From positions 84,506,001-84,570,000 of the forward strand of contig NC_043003.1 in assembly GCF_006345805.1 (NCBI RefSeq): a stretch of 64,000 bases of DNA, written 5' to 3'. The stretch comes from Octopus sinensis (taxonomy: Eukaryota). Position numbers and translations under genes: made by a program. Within the stretch, counting starts at the first letter, position 1, and every line of letters starts with the position of its first letter. Below are positions 53,194 to 64,000 of this stretch, one piece after another. The notes beneath the pieces are model-generated. The model saw only the letters and a list, made by a program, of their open reading frames with translations. It was not told where the DNA came from and did not search any database.

Positions 53194-53625
53194 AATCCTT
53201 TCTACAATAGGTACAAGGCCTGAAATTTTGGGAGAAGAGGGCGATCGATTACATCGACCCCCAGTGTTCAACTCGTACTTATATTATCGATACGGAAAGG
53301 ATGAAAAGTAAAGGCGACCTTGGTGAAATTTGAACTCAGGTCGTAAAGACGGACGAAATGCCGCTAAGCATTTCGTCCAGCATGCTAACGATGCCGGCTG
53401 CTCACTGCTACACAATAATAATGGTTTCAAATTTTGGAACAAAATTGGGAGAGGTTAAATCGATCAAATCGACCCCAGTGTTCAACTAGTACTTATTTTA
53501 TCGACCCCCCAAAAGGATGAAAGGCAAAACCGACCTCGGCAGAATTTAAACTCAGAACGTAAAGACAGACGAAATGTCTCTAAGCATTTTCCCGGCGTGC
53601 TAACGATGCTGTCGATTCGCGGCTA
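53194..53625 (-). mobile_element. Two tandem SINE-B copies
   Basis: Two complete head-centre-tail series. Confidence 0.85.
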
Positions 53626-54607
53626 TACAATATGGTAACAACAACATCACTATAAATTACACTGCATTCCGCACACCTTCACATAACACAACATGTCACC
53701 CATCCTCACCATCATCGCGTGCTGCACAACTTTTCCACCAGATATTACACAACATGACAGGCAATGCTACACAACAACATCAGCACATACAACACAACAA
53801 CAGCATCAGCACCACAACAGTATATACCACACAACAGCATATACCGCACAACAGCATATACCGCACAACATCACCACAACACACAAAACACACCACACAA
53901 TACAACAAACACTACGATGTAACCACATCACAAGTCACTATTCCACGCTCCACAACACTCACTACATACCAAACCTCAAAGTGACTAAATCCCTTAATAC
54001 ATCATGCCATGCACCTGTAAAGCACCCCCTCACACACAACGGTACATGTAGTTTAATACATTCCTAGTGACTATTTCCATTGAGTGTCCTACTCTACCAG
54101 AAAACCGAACCCTGATTTTAAGAACGAAGTCCATAACGGTATTTGTTCTGCACCGAGTTACCAATACACCTTTGTTACTTTTGCTGTCACTTTCTGTCGG
54201 AAACCTGTAACTAATGACGCTATTGTTTACCTGCTCAGATAAATAAACAAATAAAATGAGGGGTCACAATGGGGTCTTTCCGTCTGCATAAAGTAGCAAC
54301 CAATTATCCCTCAAGTCACTTCTTAAATGAAAAACAGTGCATTGGATAATGTACTCTTACAGAATCCTTTAAAAAGGCGGGGTAGACAGCTAGAATGCTC
54401 GATCAAGATTAACTAAGGGTCCAACAACAACAAAACCTTTGTGGGAATCTCTAGCGCACAAATTAATTCCCTCCTCTCTCTCTCTCTCTCTCTGTTATTT
54501 TCCATTTATCACTCAATGAATTAGTCTATCACTTGCTCTCTCTCTCTCTTCGTCTCTCCCTATAACTTTCTATTTATCACTATGAATTACAGTCAACGAC
54601 TTGCTCC

Positions 54608-54638
<31 letters not shown>

Positions 54639-55111
54639 GTATGTATGTATGTCATACTTTCTAAACTGAAAGAAACTGGACACAGCTATTATTTAGCTAA
54701 GAATGTGGAAAGAGAGAGAGTGGGGGGGGGCGTTCACACCAATTAACACCCAAGACAGTCTTTTGTCAAACTAACAACATAAACCACAGCTAACCAACCA
54801 TCTGACCGACCAACCAACCAACCGACCCACTAACCAAACAAACAAACAAGGCATGCAGACAGACAGCCTACTTGTCTACCTTTCCTGGCTGTCAGTCACC
54901 ATGTTCTCTAGTCATATACCGCTTTCATGACAAGCTAGTCAGCCATTTAGCCGATTGTCTGTCAAAGAGTCATCCAGACCTTGCGACATCTACCCCAGAT
55001 GAACGCCTGTCAAGGAGCTTCAATCTTCTAGAAATAGCAGCTAAATTTCACTCAAACACCATAACTCTGTCTTTAACCCTTTGCCTGTTTTCTGTCAAAT
55101 GTGACAGACAA

Positions 55112-55425
55112 TGAAGGCGCGTGGCTAAGCGGCTAGGAGTATTCAGCGCATGATCATAAGGTCGTGAGCTCGATTCCAGATGGTTCGTCGTGTCCTTCAG
55201 CAAGGCGCTTTATTTCACGTTGTTCCAGTCCACTAAGCTAGTAAAAATGAGTTGTACCTGTAATCCAAAGGGCCAGCATTGTCACATTCTGTGTCACGCT
55301 GAATATCCCTGAGAACTACGTTAAGGGTGTGCGTGTCTGTGAAATGCTCTGCCACCTGCACGTTAATTTCACGGGCTGGCTGTTACACTGATCGGATCAA
55401 CTAGAACCCTCGTCGTCGTAACCGA
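55112..55425 (+). mobile_element. SINE-C, tail type ii
   Basis: gaaggcgcgtggctaagcggctagg head, tccttcagcaaggcgcttta CORE-like block, cgtcgtcgtaaccgac end. Confidence 0.85.
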
Positions 55426-55949
55426 CACAGGACATATGTCCCTGGCGTCCATGCATCATGTAGGATACATACTCCCGATTGTTTTCACCCACCAGAGTGA
55501 CTTGGGAACATACGAGGCAAGAGATACCTAAAAGTCTGAAAACAAGCATGGACGTTTAGGACAAACTTGTGAACATGTTTCGGACAGGCAACAGGTGAAA
55601 TAAAGGACATATTAAATAATGTAGTCCAGATGAAAAAAAAATATTAGACAATGTAGTTGACAACTGAAAACAAGAAGAGAATGTCATAGCTGGAACGTTT
55701 TTGGCCACACCTGGTTCTAGACATAAATAATTCAGTGATGGACCACTATGTACTGACTCGAATCGCTAGAAACAGCAGCCAAAATATCTCTTAATCCTTT
55801 TGATAGCAAACCACCCGAGACCCCCCTTGGTTCTATGATAAAGTTTCCCATTTTAAAGTGATTTGAATAAAAGACTTCCACCTGTTAATTTGTGTTCCAA
55901 AATTAATTGAAACAAAGGCAGCATATTTCAACAGAAATATGGTAACTTC

Positions 55950-56185
55950 CAGGGCAAGCGTTTGGAAATGCGAAGCTCAGAGAATTGTCGGTGGAGCCCT
56001 CTACTTTACAAAAGCTAAAGATTGATGTTTTGTATAGTACACCAGTCCCTGCCAAAAAGTGTTGAGGGGTCGAGTTCCCACTATTAGCCACAATGATATA
56101 CTAAAATTTCACCAAAGCGTCCTTCTCTCGAGTGTGTGCGCGGGGCCCAATTTGAACTTGACTAATTGACTTAAAACCGGCCCTG
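55950..56185. mobile_element. Possible hAT MITE
   Basis: Ends cagggc / accggccctg; flanks gtaacttc and gtaacatt. Confidence 0.45.
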
Positions 56186-56891
56186 GTAACATTTATATTC
56201 TACCATAGCCAAATACCTCTCAAATAGTTAAATGCGGAAATAATTATTGGTATACAAATGAATGTATAATGTAGGCAGAGAAGTTGAAGGTTTTGGAGCA
56301 GTTATCCATAAAATTCTTTCTCACATTGAAACTTACAGATCAGCTGATCTCTATGATGTACATAAATCTTGTTTTGTCTTTTTGTTTTTTTTTTTGCTGT
56401 CCCACACAATTACATCAGTCTTGTTCTGTTTGCACACGGCATGAGTTATGATGAAAATTTTCCACAAATATTCCTTGTGTTGAAACATGTATTCAACAAC
56501 GGAAGTATTTTATATATACATGCGCACACGCACAGACATTTCCCAGACCAGTCTTTCGTCATTGTGTATTGTTTTAGCAACACCATCATGCCACATTTGA
56601 AGGTATTACTTTAATGACATTTCTGGGCAGCAGCTGCTAATCAGACGTATAATATCTTCTACAGTATGTTTACTTAACTGACATATTCACTTGCATCTTG
56701 GGAGTTTAAGGGCTTTATTGTTTCTTTAGTTTATTAGGCATTTTTCTAGCTATATCCTGCTTTTAGATTTCAAAGCCTTCGAACTGTCAAAATATGACGT
56801 CATATGACACTCAGGAGTCACACAAAGACTATACATCCGACCAGTGTTAGTATCGTTCCCAAGTTAACGAGAAACATATTCATGCATCATC

Positions 56892-56922
<31 letters not shown>

Positions 56923-57349
56923 GCAGTGTAACTCGTTTCTCATCCAGATTTTTATACTCGACCACCAACTCTCAATGAATGTTTCCGGAAGTGAGCACTT
57001 CTTGAAGATTTCACTTCCGATTTGTAGGATGCTGTTCTCTTCACTTTTCAGTAGTATATAAATTTATTGCTGTTGTTTAGCAGATGCTGTATGTGTGATA
57101 CCATAAGGCACTCAAAGACCGGACTAATCTAATCTTTAACCATCTGAGATGGATCCTGTCATTATCACTAATTCTATGGAATTAGTTGACCAGGTTTTTG
57201 AAAGCTTTTTAATGACACTAACTAGGCCAGCAGATACTTTTGTCATGAGCAGAAACTTTTGCGGATTTATTATTAAATAATGAAGATAATGAATAATAAT
57301 TAATAAAAAGAAGAAATTATTATAATTACTATTATTATTATTAATATTA

Positions 57350-57575
57350 AGGAGGTGAGCTGGCAGAATCGTTAGAACACCGGGCAAAATGCTTAGCGGT
57401 ATTTCGTCCGTCCTTACATTCTGAGTTCAAATTCCACCGAGATCGACTTTGCCTTTCATCCTTTCGGGGTCGATAAATTAAGTACCAGTTAAACACTGGG
57501 GTCGATGTAATTGACTAGTTCCCTCTCCCAAAATTTCAGGACTTGTGTCTTTAGTAGAAAGGATTATTATTATTA
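57350..57575 (+). mobile_element. SINE-B in (ATT)n
   Basis: Full head, centre and gtagaaaggattattatt tail. Confidence 0.9.
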
Positions 57576-57769
57576 TCATCATCTAACTGCAAACGGCTCA
57601 ATTTTATCAAAAAAGTTTGGCTCTTCATTGGGATCCCTTCATTCCAAAGCCTGCCCATTAGTTTCTGTACTACTGGACTCGTAATGGAAATTGGTTTACA
57701 TTATACTCAAGCAAACAATGGATGCATAGTTTTCTACCAAATCAATGTTTTCATACTTGGTTACAAAAT

Positions 57770-57821
57770 TTGATATGCGAAATTAGTTTTCTAATATTAG
57801 GAAACTAATTTCGCATATCAA
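57770..57821. repeat. 52-bp spacerless palindrome
   Basis: ttgatatgcgaaattagttttctaat|attaggaaactaatttcgcatatcaa, 1 mismatch. Confidence 0.95.
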
Positions 57822-58733
57822 TCTTGCTTTTTATTCTTCTTTTACGTAGTCGTATCTCTGACTTTCTGTAGAATATGAGCAAGCAACTATTAAGTGTTTT
57901 CCAGGTACCTTCCCATTATGCAGTCGTCCTATAGATTTGACTAAAGTTTTAACACTTTGTCTTGTGTATCACAGGTGATATACAGAATATATTTTCCCGG
58001 AGTCCACGTGTCATATACGATACATATTCCCATGTTTTTTCAAACAACAGAGCAACTTGGAGACTTAGTAAAGCTTGTTATTACTCAAAACATATGAAAT
58101 AAGGGCAAACTAAAAGTCTAAAAACAGACAAGGCTCTTTAGGATAAAATTGTGAAATTGCTTTGGAGAAGCAGAGTTAAAATCGATTGTGTAGGTTTTAC
58201 ATTTCAGATCTTAGCCCAAAATGATTTAAGATATTCATGAGAAGGGACACATTTACAAAGATACCGTTTTTCTTTATCATACAAGAGACCCTTGTGAATT
58301 AGAAGCTAATTTGTGGTTAATGTTGGATCGCTGAAGTAGCCTCACCCCAACCTGCTAATCGCACTCACAATTAAGTTTTTACCCAACGTCTTGATTCATA
58401 TTTGGATGTAACAAATTTCCCTGCAAGTGTAAATCCCTAGTATGCATTTTAAGCCCACATTTTAACTGATGTTCTGTTAACTTATCTACCTTGCACCTTA
58501 TAATGGTATTGACATGTCTAATTTTGCGGCACACTTGGTATTTCCTTATAGTTTTATTATCCACCTATATTCCTTACGCTGAGTTATTTCGTAACCACAT
58601 GCACTGTGGTTATCTCCTAGGTATTCTTTCAGAGTGATGGTAGTCGTATGCAAGCTGGTATTGGTAGTCCAGTCTGTACTATCACGTATTTTCATATGGT
58701 TTCCAAATATATCATCAATAACCATTGTGTATG

Positions 58734-58777
<44 letters not shown>

Positions 58778-59982
58778 ATATATATTATATATATATATAT
58801 ATATATAATGTTAACAGTATTGTATGACTGTGTGGATAAGAAAATAGTATGCAGTTATGTACACTGAATTAGCTTGTGCGTGTGTTTTAATTTTATATAC
58901 TTCGAACGGGATGTTTCGGTTAGATTTGAAAGCAAACCCACCGAAGGCTTACACACGCACAACACACACACACACACACACATACATACACGTATATACA
59001 CACATACAAATGTCAATGGGTTATCCACCGATTTGGACGATAAGTGACCCAGTTGTTCCAACTACTTATTCACTGAATTATAATGTAAATAACTGAGTAT
59101 TCCGCAGACAACCTTGTAGCCTTAACGTAATTCTCAGAATCAGGGTGAACACGATATGGAAGTGACAAGTCCTAAAGCTTTATTCATACAGTCTTGACGG
59201 AATGCCTCAGAGTTTCCGTGCCGCCATTTTTAATTCACAGGGGCCTGGGTCAGCCCATGTAGAAGGTTTGTAGAAAACTCATGCTGAAGGTGTCACTCAG
59301 CAAGATTGATCGCGAGACCTCATGACTGTTAATGAACTTCTTAATCACGCTGTGTGTGGAGGAGCGAGATGTTGGGTGAGAGAGGGGGGATTGAGTGAAT
59401 GAGAGAAAGCGGAGTGTTAACGGATGATAAAGTCCAACTAATCTTTATGCAATGTAACCTTCTCAGGGATCAGGTCACAGTCGAGCGACGAAATTTTTGA
59501 CACCACAAAGCAAACAATAAAAGTTTAAGTGTAGTTAACAGTCTTTGTGTGGTTTTGAATGACTAACATGTGCTTTCCATGCTGCAATCGTTTTATTTTC
59601 AACACATGGCCTCAAATCAAATCACCTGCCTGATAAATGCACCCTCTATAATCTCTATCGTTCGCATTTTTGCATCAGTGCCGTATTGTCTCCTGCGACA
59701 AAGACATGTAACCTTTAAATGGTCCATCGCACCTAGGTGTGAGTAAGTACTGCGGATTAGTAACACCTGACTGCATAGTGTACAATACGCTCTACAATTA
59801 GTCAGTCAGTGAGACAACCAACTCGATATGAATGAAAAATGAGGTTTGGACGCGATTTGAAACTGAGATGCGTGTTGATGCATTAAGTACTAAGGGACAG
59901 AATGTGTATGTGTGTGTTGTACATTGTATAATTCAAGGAGTTCTCTCTTGGCAAAGCAAATGCAAGGGTATATTGTGTTTGT

Positions 59983-60219
59983 TAAGGCGGCGAGCTGGCA
60001 GAAACGTTAGCACGCCGGGCGAAATGCTTAGCGGTATTTCGTCTGCGTTACGTTGTGAGTTCAAATCCCGCCGAGGTCGACTTTGCCTTTCATCCTTTCG
60101 GGGTCGATACATTAAGTACCAGTTACGCACTGGGGTCGATGTAATCGACTTAATACCTATGTCTACCCTTGTTTTTCCCCTCTGTGTTTAGCCCCTTGTG
60201 GGTAATAAAGAAATAGGTA
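59983..60219 (+). mobile_element. SINE-B, full length
   Basis: Head through gggtaataaagaaataggta; ttgtgtttgtt on both sides. Confidence 0.92.
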
Positions 60220-60774
60220 GGTTGTGTTTGTTTATTGACAGCGAGCCAAAAGCATATGCAAATTAGTAGTAGGACCATAGACCCGTGGAGTTCTTATGCA
60301 AGTTCCCAGCTTTTCCCCCATATCTTAAGACAGCACTATGTGAGAAAGAGAGCGTCGGGGCAACCTTTTGCTTCAGAAACTTTACACGTTTTGTGTGTGT
60401 GAGAGAGAGAGAGAGAGAAAGAGAGGGAATGTACGGGAGAGTGAGTGCGGTGTGTGTGTCTGTGAATGAAATAAATAAAAAAAAGTCAACGAAATACAAA
60501 TTCGGCTGCGCGCGTGTGTGTAATACGACTAAAGCCGGGTAGCTGTTTATGTTGTGATATCAGTGTTGCAGTGTCTCCGTTTATAACAATATTATTATTA
60601 TTGTTGTTAGGTCAAATTCTATTGGCTGGGATTGTGAACTTCCAATGACAGTCGTTTTAGACTACAATTCATCATTTCTGTCCCAGGCCGTCTCGCTCTC
60701 TGCTTTTCTATATATATATATGTGTATGTATATACATCACAGCACCTTTGTACTTATATGTATATATATATATA

Positions 60775-60812
<38 letters not shown>

Positions 60813-60904
60813 TATCATGTTGTTTGCTGTCTTTTCAATACATTGAATTTGTCTTTTTATTTCTACACCTACACATAAACGCACAACCATATATGTAAAC
60901 ATAT

Positions 60905-61620
60905 GTACAATTACATATATATACACTTAATATATATATATACATATATATATAGTTATATATATATATGCATACACACACATACATATATAGTAATATA
61001 TATACATATACATAGTTATATATATCTGTATACATATTTATATATATACATACACACACATACATACATATATAGTTATATATATATACATATACATAGT
61101 TATATATATCTGTATACATATTATATATATATACATACACACACATACATACATATATAGTTATATATATATACATATACATAGTTATATATATCTGTAT
61201 ACATATTTATATATATACATACACACACATACATACATACATATATAGTTATATATATATACATATATAGTTATATATATCTGTATACATATTTATATAT
61301 ATACATACACACACATACATACATATATAGTTATATATATATACATATACACACATATAGTTATATATATACATAGTTATATATATATGTATACATATAT
61401 ATGTATATATATGTAAATGTAAATATGTGTATGTATTTGTATACGTATGTGTATATACGTACATATATATATGTACAAATGTATGTATGTATATATATAT
61501 ATATAACTATGTATATATATATATATATACATACATACATTTGTACATATATATATGTACGTATATACACATACGTATACAAATACATACACATATTTAC
61601 ATTTACATACAAACATATAT
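60905..61620. repeat. TA-rich minisatellite ending in a near-perfect inverted repeat
   Basis: atagttatatatat units; arms 61410-61505 and 61512-61609. Confidence 0.9.
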
Positions 61621-62007
61621 GTACACACACAGACGTGTGTGTGTATGTATACAGGCGCTTTAAACGAACACGCCCGTATCTGAGCGAGTATTCATTCAAA
61701 AATATACACACAGGTACGTTTGTATATATTCCGTAGAACGAATAGAAAGACAAAAGCCGTTACTGAAAAGATGTTTATAAATAACAATAAGGCAATCGAA
61801 ATCGGTCGCGTGTGCGCGTGAATGTGTTTGTGTGTGTGTGTTTATGGTTTTTGGTGAATTAGTAAATGAATCCAGAATGGGGTAGAGTGTGTGATGGCAA
61901 GAACTCTTGGAAAACGGTAGATGAAAAGATTTCTCATCTACTTCTCCTTTACCTCACTGGAGAAGCAGATAGTGAACGAAACCTTGATTGTGTGTGTGTG
62001 TGTGTGT

Positions 62008-62292
62008 GGATAGACAGACAGATAGACAGATGGATAGACAGATAGACAGATGGATAGATAGATAGATAGACAGATGGATAGATAGACAGATGGATAGATA
62101 GATAGATAGACAGATGGATAGATTGATAGATAGACAGACGGATGGATAGATAGATAGAGAGATAGACAGACAGATAGATAGAGAGATGGATAGACAGACA
62201 GACAGATAGATAGAGAGATGGATAGACAGACAGATAGATAGATAAATAGATAGATAGACAGACAGACAGATAGACAGACAGATAGACAGATA
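62008..62292. repeat. (GATA/GACA)n compound microsatellite
   Basis: Seen directly. Confidence 0.95.
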
Positions 62293-62793
62293 AATTTGTT
62301 TCTACGCATGGTTCTGTATGAAAATTAACGTATTTTCTTGTTACAAAAACTGATGTACATTAAATAAACAATTGCGTTGATATATAAAAATAGCAACCAA
62401 CAATACGACGATGAAGACCAATAAAGGAGAACATGAACCACAACTTGAAGATTTAAGGGAAGAACGATGGACTCAAATATAAGCAAAATAGTTTGAAAGG
62501 CTAACACAATGAACAAAACAGGATCGGGTTTCATTGTTGAAAGGGATCAAATTGTAAGCGTGTAGCCGGGTAGGTTAACTGTGACGGGCACTAGCATGGA
62601 TAGCTAACTGGAAGATCTTAGTAATGATATAGGTAAAAATATGACAGTATCATCATGTTTCACACAACTCGCTGAATGCGGAACGTTGTTTTTATTGATA
62701 TATGCGTATAAGACAACTACATGTAACGCATACATACACATTGCTATGCCTTATCATATAGACTGTTTTGTGTAAATCAGTATTTTATATATA

Positions 62794-62831
<38 letters not shown>

Positions 62832-62843
62832 TATATATATATC

Positions 62844-62901
62844 AGGAAGCTTCCTGATGATTTCTTTTGAATGAAACAGTTCTAGTCCTGTAGAAGCTCC
62901 T
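62844..62901 (+). ncRNA. Type I hammerhead ribozyme with intact core, in a 140-bp insert (62843-62983) within (TA)n
   Basis: aggaagcttc CTGATGA t-ttc-tttt-gaa-t GAAA cag-ttctagtc-ctg TA gaagctcct; GUA cleavage triplet. Confidence 0.85.
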
Positions 62902-63883
62902 TCTATAAAATAAATTAATTTACTCTGCTATGTATTGAGTACCTTATTTACTGTGGTTAACCCCGACTCAACCCGGGACCTACATATATATATATATATA
63001 AATTAAACATAGTGTAGGGGAATGCCCCAAGTATATAGCATTGTTAATAATCACTTTAATTGGCGCTGGCGATACCTTTTCGGCGGAGCTTTGAAATAGC
63101 TATACTTCGAAGTCCCACACTTCATTGGAAAGGAAAAGGGACAGAGATGAAGGGCAAAAAATTGTTCACTAAGAAAAAAATTCAAATTTTGCAAAAGATA
63201 TTGCTCAGAATCATAATTTCCCTTGAATGAAACACAGGAATACTAACAAATGAAGGAGTGAGTGGGAAAGTTACTCTTTCTCTTTACCACGAGGTATGGG
63301 ACTTCGATCGGCAACTATTGCAAAATTGCGTCCATGTAAATTGAAAATAATGGTTTCTAATTTAGACTGAACATTTTGGACGAAACTCGTGTAACCTATT
63401 AGATCGATCCAAGTAATTTAGCTAGCACATATCAATTGAAGAAGTAAAACAGACAAAAATCAATCCTGGGCAGGATTTGAACTGACGGTGTAAAAGAGAA
63501 TACCTTACAGACTACCACGATAGTTTTGTCCACCACTCTACCAGTTGAACCAAATGAGGTAGAAAACGACCGTAACACAACACCAGAAAGTAGAGAAAGG
63601 AATTTGTTAATGAGAGTACAGTATTGTTGTAGTTAAAGAGCACGAAACACTCTAAGAAATAGCTAATGAAAGAACCTAATTAATAAGGCAGAAGAAGAGG
63701 TTCTAATTTCTCAATCAGTGTGTTTGTCTTATATACTTTATACAAACACTATAGCGTGTGCCACTCCATATACATACACGAGTGTGCGCCACTCTATACA
63801 TACACACTATAATATGTGTGCGTGTGTATGTTTATATAAATACACTACAGTCTATGCCTCTATATTTATATACACGCTATTTC

Positions 63884-63915
<32 letters not shown>

Positions 63916-64000
63916 ATCTTTCAGCTAGGAGGCTGAAAACATGCTGGTTACAACACACACGAAAACATGGATATGAAACAACAGTGTGTGATAGAAAGAA

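Overview
AT-rich, repeat-dense animal DNA, intergenic or intronic. The SINE families resemble those I recall from Octopus genomes, so a coleoid cephalopod is likely (inferred, not searched). I found no host protein-coding exon, tRNA gene, rRNA or CRISPR array, and the long ORFs in the track are microsatellite translations. Contents: many copies of three tRNA-derived SINE families (A, B, C), a fourth dispersed repeat (D), decayed LINE fragments (RTE, L1/Tx1, CR1/L2, R4/Dong), Penelope-like (PLE) GIY-YIG remnants, several MITEs and abundant micro/minisatellites. Most notable: (1) about nine type-I hammerhead ribozyme motifs of different sequence, several in short microsatellite-flanked or PLE-linked segments, one with an intact core at 62844-62901; (2) an 814-bp foldback element carrying outward-facing TTAGGG telomeric tracts; (3) SINE-B dimers that share a junction and were inserted as single units; (4) a G-U-rich 40-bp hairpin at 43034-43136; (5) several local inverted or templated duplications. 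Boundaries of decayed elements are approximate.
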